Shown: piece after piece, positions 13,601 to 28,600 of the stretch
Position numbering within the stretch: position 1 is the stretch's first letter
How the letters are laid out: each line of letters begins with the position of its first letter
Origin: the human T2T-CHM13v2.0 reference genome, Homo sapiens
Direction: 5' to 3' (one strand)
Assembly (NCBI RefSeq): GCF_009914755.1
Contig: NC_060944.1
Length of the DNA: 64,000 nt
The notes under the pieces: model-generated
Told to the model about the DNA's origin: nothing
Database searches by the model: none
The model's input: only the letters and a program-made list of their open reading frames with translations
Translations under genes and position numbers: made by a program

Positions 13601-16600
13601 CCGTTTTGAAGCACTCTTTTTGTAAAATCTGCAAGTGGACATTTGGAGTGCTTTGCGGCCCATGGTGGAAAAGGAAATATCTTCACATAAAAACTACAGA
13701 GAAACATTCTGGCAAACATCGTCGTGATGGGTGCATTCATCTTATGGAGTTGAAAATTAGTTTTGCGTGACAAATTTTGAAACACTCTTTTTGTACAATC
13801 TGCACGTAGACATTTGGAGCGCTTTGAGGCCTATGGTGGAAAATGAAATATCTTCACATAAAAAAGAGACAGAAGCATTCTGTAAAATTTTGTGATGTGT
13901 GCATTCATCTCACAGAGTTGAAACTTTCTTTTGATTTAGCAGTTTTGAAACACTCTTTTTATGGAATCTGCAAGTGGACATTTGGAGCATTTTGAGGCCA
14001 ATGGTGGAAAAGGAAATATCTTCAAATAAAATCTATGCAGAAGCACTCTGACAAAGTTCTTTGAGATGGGTGTATTCATCTCACAGAGTTACAACTTTCT
14101 TTTGATTGAGCAACTTTGAAACACCATTTTTGTAGAATATGCAAGTGAACATTTGGTTTGCTTTGAGGCCTATAGTGGAAAAGGAAATATCTTAACATAA
14201 AAACTAGACAGAAGAATTCTGACAAACTTCTTTGTGATTTGTGCATTCATCTCACAGAGTTGAATCTTGCTTTTCATTGAGCAATTTTGAAACACCCTTT
14301 TTGCAGAATCTTCAAGTGTTAATTTGGAGCGCCTTGAGGCCCATGGTGGAAAAGGAAACCTCTTCACATAAAAACTACTCAGAAGCATTCTGAGAAACTT
14401 TCTTTGTGATCTATGCATTCGTCTCACAGAGTTGAACCATACTTTTTATTGAGCAGTTTTGAAACACTCTTTTTGTAGAATCTGCAAGAAGACATTTGGA
14501 CCGCCTTGATTCCTATGGTGGATAAAGAAATATCTTCACATAATATCTAGACAGAAGAATTCCGAGAAATTTCTTTGTGATGTGTGCATTCATCTCACAG
14601 AGTTGAACCTTTCTTTATGTTGAGCAGCTTTGAAACACTCTTTTTGTAGGATCTGCAAGTGGTCATTTGGAGCACTTTGAGGACTATGGTGGAAAAGGAA
14701 ATATCTTCACATAAAAACTATACAGAAGCATCTTGACAAATTTCTTTGTCATGTGTGTATTCATCTCACAGAGTTGAACCTTACTTTTCATTGTGCAGTT
14801 TTGACACACTGTTTTTGTAGAATCTGCAAGTGGACATTTGGAGTGCTGTGAGACCTATGGTGGAAAAGGAAAAATCTTCACATAAAAACTAGAAAGAAAC
14901 ATTCTGACAAACTTCTTTATGATGTGCACGTTCATCTCACAGAGTTGAACATTTATTTTCATTGAGCAGTTTTGAAACACTCTTTCTGTAGAATCTGCAA
15001 GTGGACATTTGGAGCACTTTGTGTCCTATGGTGGAAAAGGATATATCTTAACATAAAAACTAGACAGAAGCATTCTGACAAACTTCTTTGTGATGTGTGC
15101 ATTCATCTCACAGAGTTGAACCTTACTTTTCTTTGAGGAGTTTTGAAACACTGTTTTTGTAGAATCTGCAAGTGGACATTTGGATCGCTTTGAGGCCTAT
15201 AGTGTTAAAGGGAAATATCTTCACGTAAAATCTAAACAGAAGCATTCTGACAAACTTCTTTGTGATATGTGCAATCATCTCACAGAGTTGAATCTTTCCT
15301 TTGATTGAGCAGCTTTGAAACACTCTTTTTGTAGAATCTGCAAGTGGATATTTTGAGCGTTTTGAGGCCTATGGTGGAAAAAGAAATACCGTCACATAAA
15401 AACTAGACAGAAGCATTCTGACAAACTTCTTTGTGATATGTGCATTAATCACAGAGTTGAACCTTACTTTTTATTGAACAGTTTTGAAACACTCTTTTTG
15501 TATTTTCTGCAAGTGTACATTTGGAGCGCTTTAAGGCCTATATTGGCAAAGGAAATGTCTTCATATAAAAACTATTCAGAAGCATTCTGACAAACTTTGT
15601 AACGTGTGCATTCATCTCGTCGAGTTGAACTTTTCTTTTGATTCAGCAGCTTTTAAACACCCATTTTGTAGAATCTGCTAGTGGACATTTGGAGCGATTT
15701 GAGGCCTATGATGGAAAAGGAAATATCTTCACATAACAACTAGACAGAAGAATTCTGAGAAACTTCTTTGTGACGTGTGCATTCGTGTCACAGAGTTGAA
15801 CCTTTCTTTTGATTGAGCAGTTTGGAATATCTCTATTTGCAGAATCTGCAAGTGGAAATTTGGAGGGCTTTGCGGCAATGATAGAAAAGGAAATATCTTC
15901 ACATAAAATCTAGACAGAAGCAATCTGAGAAACATCTTTTTGATGTGTTCATTCATCTCACAGAGTTAAACTTTTCATTTAATTGAGCAGTTTGGAAACT
16001 CTCTTTTTGTAGAATCTGCAAGTGGACGTTTGGAGTGCTTTGAGTCCTATGGTGGAAAAGTATATTCACATAAAAACTAGACAGAAAAATTTTGAGAAAC
16101 TTCTTTGCGATGCGTGCGTTCATCTCACAGAGTTGAAAATTTCTTTTGATTGAGCAGTTTGGAAACACTTTTTTTGTAGAATCTGCAGGTGGACATTTGG
16201 AGTGTTTTTAGGCCTGTGGTGGAAAAGAAAATATATTCATATAAAAACTAGACAGAAGCATTCTGAGAAATTTCTTTGTGATGAATACATTCATCTCCAA
16301 GTGTTGAACCATTCTTTTCATGGAGTAGTTTTGAAATACTCTTTTTGTAGAATCTGCAAGTGGACATTTGGAATGCTTTGAGGCCTAGGATTGAAAATGA
16401 AATATCTTCACATAAACACTAGACAGAAGCATTCTGAGAAACTTCTTTGTGATGTGTGCATTCATCACGCAGAGTGGAACGTTTCTTTTTATTGAACAGT
16501 TTGGAAACGATCTTTTTGTAGGATCTGCATTTGGACATTTGAAGCCCTTTGCGGCCTCTCATTGAAAAGGAAATATCATCATGTAAAATCTAGACACAAG

Positions 16601-19600
16601 AAATCTGAGAAGCTTCTTTTTAATGTGTGCATTCATCTCACAGAGTTACACCTTTCTTTTGATTGAGCACTTTTGAAACTCTCTTTTTGTAGAATCTGCA
16701 AGTGGACATTTGGAGTGCTTTGGGTCCTATGGTGGAGAGAGAAATATCTTCACATAAAAACTAGATAGAAGCATTTTGAAAAACTTCTTACTGATGTGTG
16801 AATTCATCTCCCAGAGGTGAACCTTTCTTTTGAAGGACCAGTTTTGAAATACTCTTTTTGTAGAATCTGCAAGTGGAGATTTGGAGCGCTGTGGGTCCTG
16901 TGGTGGAAAAGGAAATATCTTCACATAAAATCTAGACAGAAGCAATATGAGAAACTTCTTTGTGATGTGTGCATTCATCTCAGAGAGTTGAACCTTTCTT
17001 TTGATTGAGCAGTTTTGAAACACTCTTTTTGCAGAATCTGCAAGTGGTCATTTGGAACGCTTTGAGGCCTATTTTGGAAAAGGAAATATCTTCACATAAA
17101 AACTAGACAGAAGCATTCTGAGAAACTTCTTTGTGATGTGTGCGTTCATCTCACAGACTTGAACCTTTCTTTTCATTGAGCAGTTTGGAAACACTCTTTT
17201 TGTAGAATCTGCAAGTGGCCATATGGAGTGCTTTGTGGCCTATGGTAGAAATGAAATATCTTCACATAAAATCTAGACAGAAGCAATCTGAAAAACTTCA
17301 TTGTGATGTATGCATTCATCTCAAAGAGTTGATCCTTTCTTTTGTTATAGCTGTTTTGAAACTCTCTTTTTGTAGAATCTCCAATGGAGCCCCTTGAGGC
17401 CTATGGTGGAAAAGGTAATATCTACACAAAAAACTATACAGAAGAATTCTGAGAAACTTCTTCATGATGTGCGCGTTCATCTCACAGAGTTGAACCTTTC
17501 TTTGATTGAGCACATTTGAAACTCTCTTTTTGTAGAATCTGCAAGTGGACATTTGGAACGCTATGTGACCTATGTTAGAAAACGAAATATCTTCACATAA
17601 AATCTAGACAGATGCAGTCTGAGAAACTTCTTTGCGATGTGTGCATTCATCTCACAGAGTTAAAACTTTCTTTTGATTGAGCAGTTTTGAAACTCTCTTT
17701 TTGTGGAATCTGCAAGTGGACATTTGGAGCGTTTTGAGGCCTATAGTGGAAAAGGAAATATCTTCACATGAAAACTAGACAGAAGAATTCTGGGAAACTT
17801 CTTTGTGATGGGTGCGTTCATCTCACAGAGTTGAACCTTACTTTTGATTGAGCAGTTTTAAACAATCTTTTTGTAGAATATGCAAGTGGACATTTGGAGC
17901 GCTTTGCGTCATACAGTAGAAAAGGAAATATCTTCACATAAAATCCAGACAGACACAATCTGAGAAAACTCTTTGTGATATGTGCATTCATCTCACAGAG
18001 TTGAAGCTCGCTTTTCATCGAGCAGTTTTGAAACACTCTGTATAATCTGCTAGTGGACATTTGGAGCACTTTGACGCCTATGGTGTAAAAGGAAATGTCT
18101 TCACATAGAAACTAGACAGAGGCATTCTGACAAACATCTTTGTGATGTGTGCATTCAACTCACAGAGTTGAAACTTTCTTTTGATTGAGCAGCTTTGAAA
18201 CACTCTTTTTGTACAATCTGCAAGTGGACATTTGGGGCGCTTTGAGGATTATGGTGGAAAAGGAAATATCTTCACATAAAAACTAGACAGAAGCTTTCTG
18301 ACAAACATTTTGTGATGTGTGCATTTATCTCACTGAGTTGAAACTTACTTTTCATTGAGCAGATTTGAAACTCTCTTTTGTAGAATCTGCAAGTGGATGT
18401 TTGGAGCCCTTTGAGGCCTATGGTGGAAAAGGAAATATCTTCATATAATAACTAGACAGAAGCATTCTGACAAACTTCTTTGTTATATGTCCATTCATCT
18501 CACAGAGTTGAACCTTTCTTTAGATTGAGCAGGTTTGAAATATTCTTTTGGTAGAATCCGCAAGTGGACATTTCACGTGCTGTGAGGCCTATGGGGGAAA
18601 AGGAAATATATTCACATAAAAACTAGACAGATGCATTCTGACAAACTACTTTGTGATGTGTGCATTCATCTCACTGAGTTGAACCTTACTTTTCTTTGAG
18701 CAGATTTGAAAAACTCTTTTTGTAGAATCTGCAAGTGGATATTTGGAGCGCTTTGAGGTCTATGATGGAAAAGGAAATATCTTCATATAATAACTAGACA
18801 GAAGCATTGTGAGAAACTTCTTCTGGATGTGCACATTCATGTCACAGATTTGAACATTTCTTTTGTTTGAGCACCATTGAAAAACTCTTTTTCTAGAATC
18901 TGCAAGTGGACATATGGAGCGCCTTGTAGCGTATGGTGGAAAAGGAAATATCTTCACATAAAAACTAGACAGAAGCATTCTGACAAACTTCTTTGTGAGG
19001 TGTGCATCGTCTCACAGATTTGAACCTCAGTTTTCATTGGGCAGTTTTAAAACACTCTTTTTGTAGAATCTGCAAGTGGACATTTGGAGCGCTTTTAGGC
19101 CTTTGGTGGAAAAGAAAATATCTTCACATAAAAACTAGACAGAAGCATTCTGACAAACTTCTTTCTGATGTGTGCATTCATCTCAAAGAGTTTAACCTCA
19201 CTTTTCATTGAGCACTTTTTAAACACTCTTTTTGTAGAATCTGCAAGTGGACATTTGGAGAGCTTTGAGGCCTATTGTGGAAAAGGAAATATCTTCACAT
19301 ATAAAGTAGACAGAATCATTCTGACAAACTTCTTTGTGATATGTGCATTCATCTCACAGAGTTGAACTTTTCTTTTGATTGAGCAGCTTGGAAACACTCT
19401 TTCTGTGGAATCTGTAAGTGGACATTTGCAGCGCTTCGAGGCCTATGGTGGAAAGGGAAATATCTTCACATAAAAACTAGACAGAAGCATTCTGACAAAC
19501 TTCTTCGTGATGTGCGCATTCATCTCCCAGAGATGAAACTTTCTTTTGATTGAGCAGCTTTGAAACACTCTTTTTGTAGAATCTGCAAGTGGATGGACAT

Positions 19601-22600
19601 TTTGAGCGCTTTGAGCCATGTGGTGGAATCAGAAATATCTTCAAATAAAAACTAGACAGAAGCATTCTGACAAACTTCTTACTGATGTGGGCATTCATCT
19701 CACAGATTTGAACATTTCTTTTGATTGAGCAGCTTTGAGACACTCTTTTTGTAGAATCTGCAAGTGGAAATTTGGAGCGCTTTGAGCCACATGGTGGAAA
19801 AGGAAATATCTTCACATAAAAACTACACAGAAGCATCCTGAAAAACTTCTTGGTTATGTGTGCATTCAACTCAAAGACTTGAATTTATCTTTTCATTGAG
19901 CAGTTTTGAATCTCTCTTTTTGCAGAATCTGCAAGTGGATATTTGGAGTGCTTTAAGGCCTGCTGTGGAAAAGCAAATATCTTCACAAAAACACTGCACA
20001 GAAGCATTCTGAGAAGCTTCTTTGTGAGGTGAGCATTCAACTCACAGAATCGAACCTAACTTTTGATTGAGCAGTGTTGAATCTCTCTTTTTGCAGAATC
20101 TTCAAGTGGATATTTGGAGAGATTTGAGGCCTCTTGTGGAAAAGGAAATATCTTCACATAAAAGCTACACAGAAGCATTCTGAGAAGCTACTTTGAGATG
20201 TGTGCATTCAACTCACAAAGCTGAACCTATCTTTTGATCGAGCAGTTTTGAAACACTTTTTTTGTAGAATCTGCATGTGGATATTTGGAGCCCCTTGTGG
20301 CCTATGGAGGAAAAGGAAATATCTTCAAACAAAAACTACACAGAAGCATTCTGAGAAACTTCTTTGTGATTTTTGCATTCATCTCACAGAGTTGACCCTA
20401 TTTTCTGATTGAGCAGTTTTGAAACACTCTCTTTGTAGAATCTGCAAGTGTATACTTGGAGGGATTTGAGTCCTATTGTGGAAAAGGTAATATCTTCACA
20501 TAAATACCACACAGAAGCATTCTGAAAAACTTCTTTGTGATGTGTGCATTCATCTCACAGAGTTGAACCTTTCTTTTGACTGAACAGTTTTGAAACACTG
20601 TTTTTGCTGAATGTGCTAGTGGATATTTGGAGCGTTTTGTGGCCTACTGTGGAAAAGCAAATATCTTCACTTAAAAACCACACAGAGGCATTCTGAGAAA
20701 CTTCTTCAAGATGAGTACATTCATCTCACAGAGTTGAACCTTTCTTTTGTCTGAGCAGTTTTGAAACCCTCTTTTTGTAGAATCTGCAAGTGCATATTTG
20801 GAGCACTTTGAGGATTACTTTGGAAAAGGAAATATCTTCACATAAAAACCACACAGAACCATTATGAGAAACTTCTTTGTGATGTGTGCATTCAACTAAC
20901 CGAGTTGAACCTATCTTTTGATTGAACAGTTTTGAGTCTCTCTTTTTGTAGAATCTGCAATTGGATATTTGGAGCCTTTTGCGGCCTATGGAGGAAAAGG
21001 AATTATCTTCAAATAAAAACTACCCAGAAGCATTCTGAGAAAACTCTTTGTGAATTGTGCATTCATCTCACAGAATTGAATCTATCTTATCACAGAGTTG
21101 AACCATTCTTTTGGTTGAGCAGTTTCGAAACACTGTTGTTGCAGAATCTCCAATGGATAATTGGAGGGCTTTGAGGCCTATTTTGGAAAAGGAAATAGCT
21201 TCACATAAAGACTACACAGAAGCATTCTGAGAAAGTTCTCTCTGATGTTTTCATTCAACTCACAGAGTTGAACCTATCTTTTGATTGAGCAGTTTTGAGT
21301 CTCTCTTTTTGTAGAATCTGCAATTGGATATTTGGAGCCCTTTGCGGCCAATGGAGGAAAAGGAATTATCTTCAAATAAAAACTAACCAGAAGCATTCTG
21401 AGAAACTTCTTTGTGAATTGTGCATTCATCTCACAGAGTTGAACCTATCTTAACACAGAGTTGAACCATTCCTTTGATTGAGCAGTTTTGAAACACTCTT
21501 TTTGTAGAATCTACACGTGGATAATTTTAGGGTTTTGAGACCTATTTTGGAAAAGGAAATATCTTCACATAAAAACTGCATAGAAGCATTCTGAGAAAGT
21601 TCTGTCTGATGTTTGCATTCAACTCACAGAGTTGAACTTATCTTTTTATTGAGCAGTTTTTATTCTCTCTTTTTGTACAATCTGCAAGTGGATATTTGGA
21701 GCCCTTTGCTGCCTATGGTGGAAAAGGAAATATCTTCAAATACAAACTACTACAGAAGCATTCTGAGAAACTTCTTTGTGATGTGTGCATTCGTCTCACA
21801 AGGTTGAACCTATCTTATGATTGAGCAGTTTTGAAACTCTCTTTTTGTAGAATCTGCAAGTGGATATTTGGAGCCCCGTGTGGCCTGTGGTGGAAAAAGA
21901 AATATCTTCAAATAAAAACTACATGGAAACATTCTGAGAAACTTCTTTGTGATGTCTGCATTCATCTCAAAGAGTTGAACTTGTTTTATGATTGAGCGGT
22001 TTTGAATCTCTTTTTTGTAGAATCTGCAAGTGGATACTTGGAGTGCTTTGAGACCTATTGTGGAAAAGGAAATATCTTCACATAAACACTACACACAAGC
22101 ATTCTGAGAAACTTCTTTGTGATGTGTGCATTCATCTCATAGAGTTGAACATTTCTTTTGATTGAGTAGATTTGAAACACTGTTTTTGTAGAATTTGCAT
22201 GTGGATATTTGGAGTGCTTTGAGACCTATTGTGGAAAAGGAAATATCTTCACATAAACACTACACACAAGCATTCTGAGAAACTTATTTGTGATGTGTGC
22301 ATTCATCTCATAGAGTTGAACATTTCTTTTGATTGAGTAGATTTGAAACACTGTTTTTGTAGAATCTGCAAGTGGATATTTGGAGTGCTTTGAGGCCTAC
22401 TGTGGAAAAGAAAATATCTATACATAAAAACTACACGGAAGCATTGTGAGAATCTTCTTTGTGATGAGTGCATTCATCACACAGAGTTGAAATTTTGTTT
22501 TGATTGAGCAGTTTTGAAATTCTGTTTTTGTAGAATCTGCAAGTGTATATTTGGAGTGCTTTGAGGCCTAATTTGGAAAAGAAAATATCTTCATATAAAA

Positions 22601-25600
22601 ACTAAACAAACATTCTGAAAAACTTCTTTGTGATGTATGCATTCATCTCACAGAGTTGAACTTTTCTTTTGATTGAGGAGGTTTGAAACAATGTTTTTGT
22701 AGTGTCTGAAAGTAGATATTTGGAGCGATTTGAGGCCAACTGTGGAAAAGAAAATATCCTCACATAAAAACTTCACAGAGGCATTCTGAGAAACTTCTTT
22801 GTGATGTGTGCATTCATCTCACAGAGTTGAACATTTCTATTGATTGAGCAGTTTTGAAAAACTCTTTTTGTAGAATCTGCAAGTGGATATTTGGAGCACT
22901 TTGATGTGTATTGTGCAGAAGGAAATATCTTCATATAAAAACTACACAGAAGCTTTCTGAGAAACTTCTTTGTGATGTGAGCATTCAACTCACAGAGTTC
23001 AACCTTCCTTTTGATAGAGCAGTTTTTAAACTCTCTTTTTGTAGAATCTGCAAGTGGATATTTGGAGTCCCTTGCGGCCTATGGTAGAAAAGGAAATATC
23101 TTCAAATAAAAACTACACAGAAGCATTCTGAGAAACTTCTTTGTGATGTGTGCATTCATCTCACAGAGTTGAACGTATCTTATGATTGGGCAGTTATGAA
23201 ACACCGTTCTTGTAGAATCTGCAAGTGGATATTTGGAGCCCTTTTTGGCCTATTGTGGAAAAGGATAAATCTTCACATAAAAACTACACAGAAGCATTCT
23301 TTGAAACTCCTTTGTGATGTGTGCATTCAACACACAGAGTTGAACATATATTCTGATTTAGCAGTTTTTAATCTCTGTTTTTGTAGAATCTGAAAATGAG
23401 TATTTAGAGCCCTTTTGCAGCCTAAGATGTAAAAGGAAAAATCTTCAAATAAGAACTACACAGAAGCATTCTGAGAAACTTCTTTGTGATGTGTACATTC
23501 ATCTCACAGATTTGAACCTATCTTATGATTGAGCAGTATTGAAACATTCTATTTTTAGAATCTGCAAGTGGATATATGGAGCAATTTGAGGCCTACTGTG
23601 GAAAAGCAAATATCTTCACATGAAAACTACACAGAGGCATTCTGAGAAATTTCTCTGTGAGGTGTGCATTCATCTCATGAACTTGAAACTTTCTTTTCAT
23701 TGAGCAGTTTTGAAACACTCTTTTTGTGGAATCTGCAATTGGATACTTGGAGCACTTAGACGCATATTGTGGAAAAGGAAATATCTTCAAATAAAAACTA
23801 TGCAGAAGCATTCTGAGAATCTTCTTTCGGATGTGTGTATTCATCTAACAGTGTTGAACCTATCTTATGATTGAGCAGTTTTGAAACTCTCCTTTTGTAG
23901 AATCTGCAAGTGTATATTTGGAGCCCATGTGGCCTATTGTGGAAAAGGAAATATCTTCACATAAAAACTACACAGAAGCATTCTGAGAAACTTCTTTGTG
24001 ATGTGTGCATTCAACTCACAGAGTTGAACCTATCTTTTGATTAAGTAGTTTTGAATCGCTCTTTTTTTAGAATTTTCAAGTGCATATTTGGAGCGCTGTG
24101 AGGTCTATTGCGGAAAAGGAAGTATCTTCACATAAAAACTACACAGAAGCATTATGAGAAACTTCTTTGAGATGTGTGCATTCATCTCACAGAGTTGATC
24201 GTTTCTTTTTATTGAGTAGTTTTGAATCTCTGTTCTTGTAGAATCTGAAAGTGGATATTTGGAGCGATTTGTGCCCTGTGGTGAAAAAGGAAATATCTTC
24301 AAATAAAAACTACACAGAAGCATTCAGAGAAACTTCTTTGTGATGAGTGCATTCATCACACAGAGTTGAACCTTCCTTTTGATTGAGTAGTTCTGAGACT
24401 CTCTTTTTATAGAATATGGAAGAGGATATTTGGAGGACTTTGAGGCCTATTTTGGAAAAGTAAATATCTTCACATAAAAACTACACAGAAGCATTCTGAG
24501 AAACTTCTTTGTAATGTGTGCATTCCACTCACAGAGTTGAACATATCTTTGATTAAGCATTTTTGAATCTCTCTTTTTTCAGAATCTGCAAGTGGATATT
24601 TGGAGCACTTTGAGGCCTACTGTGGAAAAGCAAATATCTTCACATAAAATCTACACAGAAGCATTCTGAATAAGTTCTCTGGAGGTGCACATTCATCTCA
24701 CGGAGTCGAACCTATCCTTTGATTCAGCAGTTTTGAATCTCTGTTTTTTCACAATCTGCAAGTGGATATTTGGAGAGCTTTCAGGCCTATTGTGGAAAAG
24801 GAAATATCTTTACATAAAAACTACACAGAAGCATTCTGAGAAACTTCTTGGTGATGTGTGCATTCAACTCACAGGGTTGAACCTATCTTTTGATTGAGCA
24901 GTTTTGAATCTCTGTTTGTAGAATCTGCATGTGGATATTTGGAACCATTTGCGGCCTATGGTGGAGAAGGAAATATCTTCAAATAAAAGCTACACACAAG
25001 CATTCTGAGAAACTACTTTGAGATGTGTGCATTCATCTCACAGGTTTGAACCTATCCTATGACTGAGTAGTTTTGAAACACTCTTTTTGTACAATCGGCA
25101 GGTGGATATTTGGAGCGCTTTGGGGCCTATTATGGAAAAGGAAATATCTTCACATAAAAACTACACGAAGCAGTCTGAGAAACTTCTTTGTTATGTGTGC
25201 ATTCATCTCACAGAATTGAACCTATCTTATGATTGAGCAGTATCGAAACACTGCTTTTGTAGAATCTGCAAGTGGATATATGGAGCCCTTTGTAGCCTAT
25301 GTAAGAAAATGAAATATCTTCCCATAAAAACTACACAGATGCATTCTGAGAAACTTCTTTGTGATGTGTGCATTCAACTCAGATAGTTGCACCTGTCTTT
25401 TGATTAAGCAGTTTTGAGTCACTCTTTTTGTAGAATCTGCAGTTGGATATTTGTAGCCCTTTGCGGCCTATGGTAGAAAAGGAATCACCTTCAAATAAAA
25501 ACTACACAGAAGCATTCTGAGAAACTACTTTGTGATGTGTGCATTCATCTCACAGTGTTGAACTTATCTGATGATCGAACAGTATTGAAACATTCTTTTT

Positions 25601-28600
25601 GTAGAATCTGCAAGTGGATATATGCAGCCCTATGCGGCCTATGAAGGAAAAGGAAATATCTTCACATAAAAACTACACAGAAGCAGTCTGATAAACTTCT
25701 TTCTTATGTGTGCATTCATCTCACAGAATTGAACCTATCTTATGATTGAGCAGTATTGAAACACTGTTTTTGTAGAATCTACAAGTGGATATATGGAGCC
25801 CTTTGCAGCCTGTGTAAGAAAAGGAAATATCTTCACATAAAAACTACACAGAAGCATTCTGAGAAACTTCTTCGTCATGCGTGCGTTCAACTAACAGAGT
25901 TGAAGTTATCTTTTGATTGGGCAGTTTTGAACCTCGCTTTTGCAGAATCTGCAAGTGGATATTTGGAGTGCTTTGAGGCCTGCTGTGGAAAAGCAAATAT
26001 CTTCACATGAAAACTACACAGAAACATTCTGAGAAACTTCCTTGTAAGGCATGCATTCAACTCACGGAGTCGAACCTATCTTTTGATTGAGCAGTTTTGA
26101 ATCTCTCTTTTTGAAGTGTCTGCAAGTGGATATTTGGAGAGCTTTGAGGCCTGTTGTGGAAAAGGAAACATCTTCACATAAAAATTACACAGAAACATTC
26201 TGAGCAACTTCTTTGGGATGTGTGCATTCAACTCACTGATTAGAAACTATATTTTGATGGAGGAATTTTGAATCTCTCCTTTTACAGAATCTGCAAGTGG
26301 ATATTTGCAGAGCTTTGAGGCCTATTGTGGAAAAGGAAATATCTTCACATAAAAATTACACAGATGCACTCTGAGAAACTTCTTTGTGATGTATCCATTC
26401 AACTCACAGAGTTGAACCTATCTTTTGACTGAGCAGTTTTGAATCTCTTTTTGCACAATCTGCAAGTGGATATTAGAAGCGCTTTGAGGTCTACTATGCA
26501 AAAAAAAATATCTTAACATAAAAACTACACTGAAGCATCCTGAGAAACTTCTTCATGAGTTGTGCATTCAACTAACCGAGTCAAACCTATCTTTTGATTG
26601 AGCAATTTTGAATCTCTCTTTTTGCAGAATCTGCAAGTGGATATTTGGAGAGCTTTGAGGCCTATAGTGGAAAAGGAAGTATCTTCACATAACAACTACA
26701 CAGAAGCATTCTGAGAAAATTTTTGTGATGTGTGCATTCAACTCACAGAGTTGAACCTATCTTTTGATTGAGCAGTTTTGAATCGCTCTTTTTGTAGAAT
26801 CTGCAAGTGGATATTTGGAGCGCTTTGTAGTCTACTGCAGAAAAGGAAATATCTTCACATAAAAATTACACAGAAGCATTCTGAGAAACTTCTTTGTGAT
26901 GTGTGCATTCATCTCACAGAGTTGAACCCAACTTATGATGGAGCAGTTTTGAAACACTCTTTTTGTAGGATCTGCAAGTGGATATTTGAAGCACTTTGAG
27001 GCCTATTGTGGAAAAGGAAATATCTTCATATAAAAACGACACAAAAGCATTCTGAGAAACTTCTTTGTGAGGTGTGCATTCATCTCACAGAGTTGAACTT
27101 TTCTTTTGATAGAGCAGTTTTGAAACACTGTTTTTGTAGAATCTGCAAGTGGATATTTGGAGGGCTTTGAGGCCTACTGTGGAAAAGTAAATATCTTCAC
27201 ATATAAACTGCACAGAAGCATTCTGAGAAACTTCTTTATGATGTGTACATTCATCTCACAGAGTTGAAACTTTCTTTTGATTGAGCAGTTTTGAAACACT
27301 CTGTAGAATCTGCAAGTGGATATATGGAGCGCTTTGAGGCCTATTGTGGAAAAGAAGATATCTTCACATAAATACTACACGTAAGCATTCTGAGAAACTT
27401 CTTTGATATGTGTGCCTTCAACTCACAGACTTGAACCTATGTTTTGATTGAGCCGTTTGAATCTCTCATTGGTAGAATCTGCAAGTGGATATTTGCAGCC
27501 CTTTGTGGCCTTTGGAGGAAAAGGAAATATCTTCACATAAAAACTACACAGAACAATTCTGAGAAACTTCTTTGTGATGGGTGCGTTCATCTCATAGAGC
27601 TGAACCTATCTTATGACGGAGAAGTTTGGAAACACTGTGTTTGTAGAATCTGCATGTGAATAGTTGGAGTCCTTTGAGGCCTGTTGTGGAAAAGTAAATA
27701 TCTTCACATAAAAACTACACAGAAGCATTTTGAGAAACTACTTTGTGATGTGTGCATTCACCTCACAGAGTTTGACCTGTCTTTTGATTGAGTAGTTTTG
27801 AGACACTCTTTTTGTAGAATCTGGAAGTGGATATTTGGAGCACTTTGAGGCCTATTGTGGAAAAGGAAATATCTTCACATAAAAACTACACAGAAGCATT
27901 CTAAGAAACTCCTTTGTGATGTGTGCATTCAACTCACAGAGATGAACCTATCTTTTGATTGAGCCTTTTTGCATCTCTTTTTCGAAGAATCTGATAGTGG
28001 ATATTTGGAGCTCTTTGAGGCGTATAGTGAAAAAGGAAATATCTTCACATAAAAACTACACAGAAGCATTCTGAGAAACTTCTTTGTGATGTGTGCATTA
28101 ATCTCACAGAGTTGAAGTTTTCTTTTGATTAAGCAGTTTGGAAACACTCTTTTTGTAGAACCTTCAAGTGGATATTTGGAGCTCTGTGAGGCCTATTGTG
28201 GAAAAGGAAATATCTTCACATAAAAACTACACAGAAGCATTCTGTGAAACTTCTATGTGATGTGTGCATTCATCTCACAGTGTTGAATCTATCTTTTGAT
28301 TGAGCAGTTTTGAATCTCTCTTTTTGTAGAATTTGCAAGTGGATATTTGGAGCCGTTTGTGGTCTATGGTGGAAAAGGGAATATCTTCACATGAAAACTA
28401 CACAGAAACATTCTGCGGAACTTCTTTTGATTAATGCATTCATCTCACAGAGTTTAACATTTCTTTTGATTGAGCACTTTTGAAACACTCTTTTTGTGCA
28501 ATCTTGAAGTGGATATTTTGAGGGCTTTGAGGCCTATTTTGGAAAACGAAATATCTTCTCATAAAAACTACACAGAAGCATTCTGAGAAACTTCTTTGTG

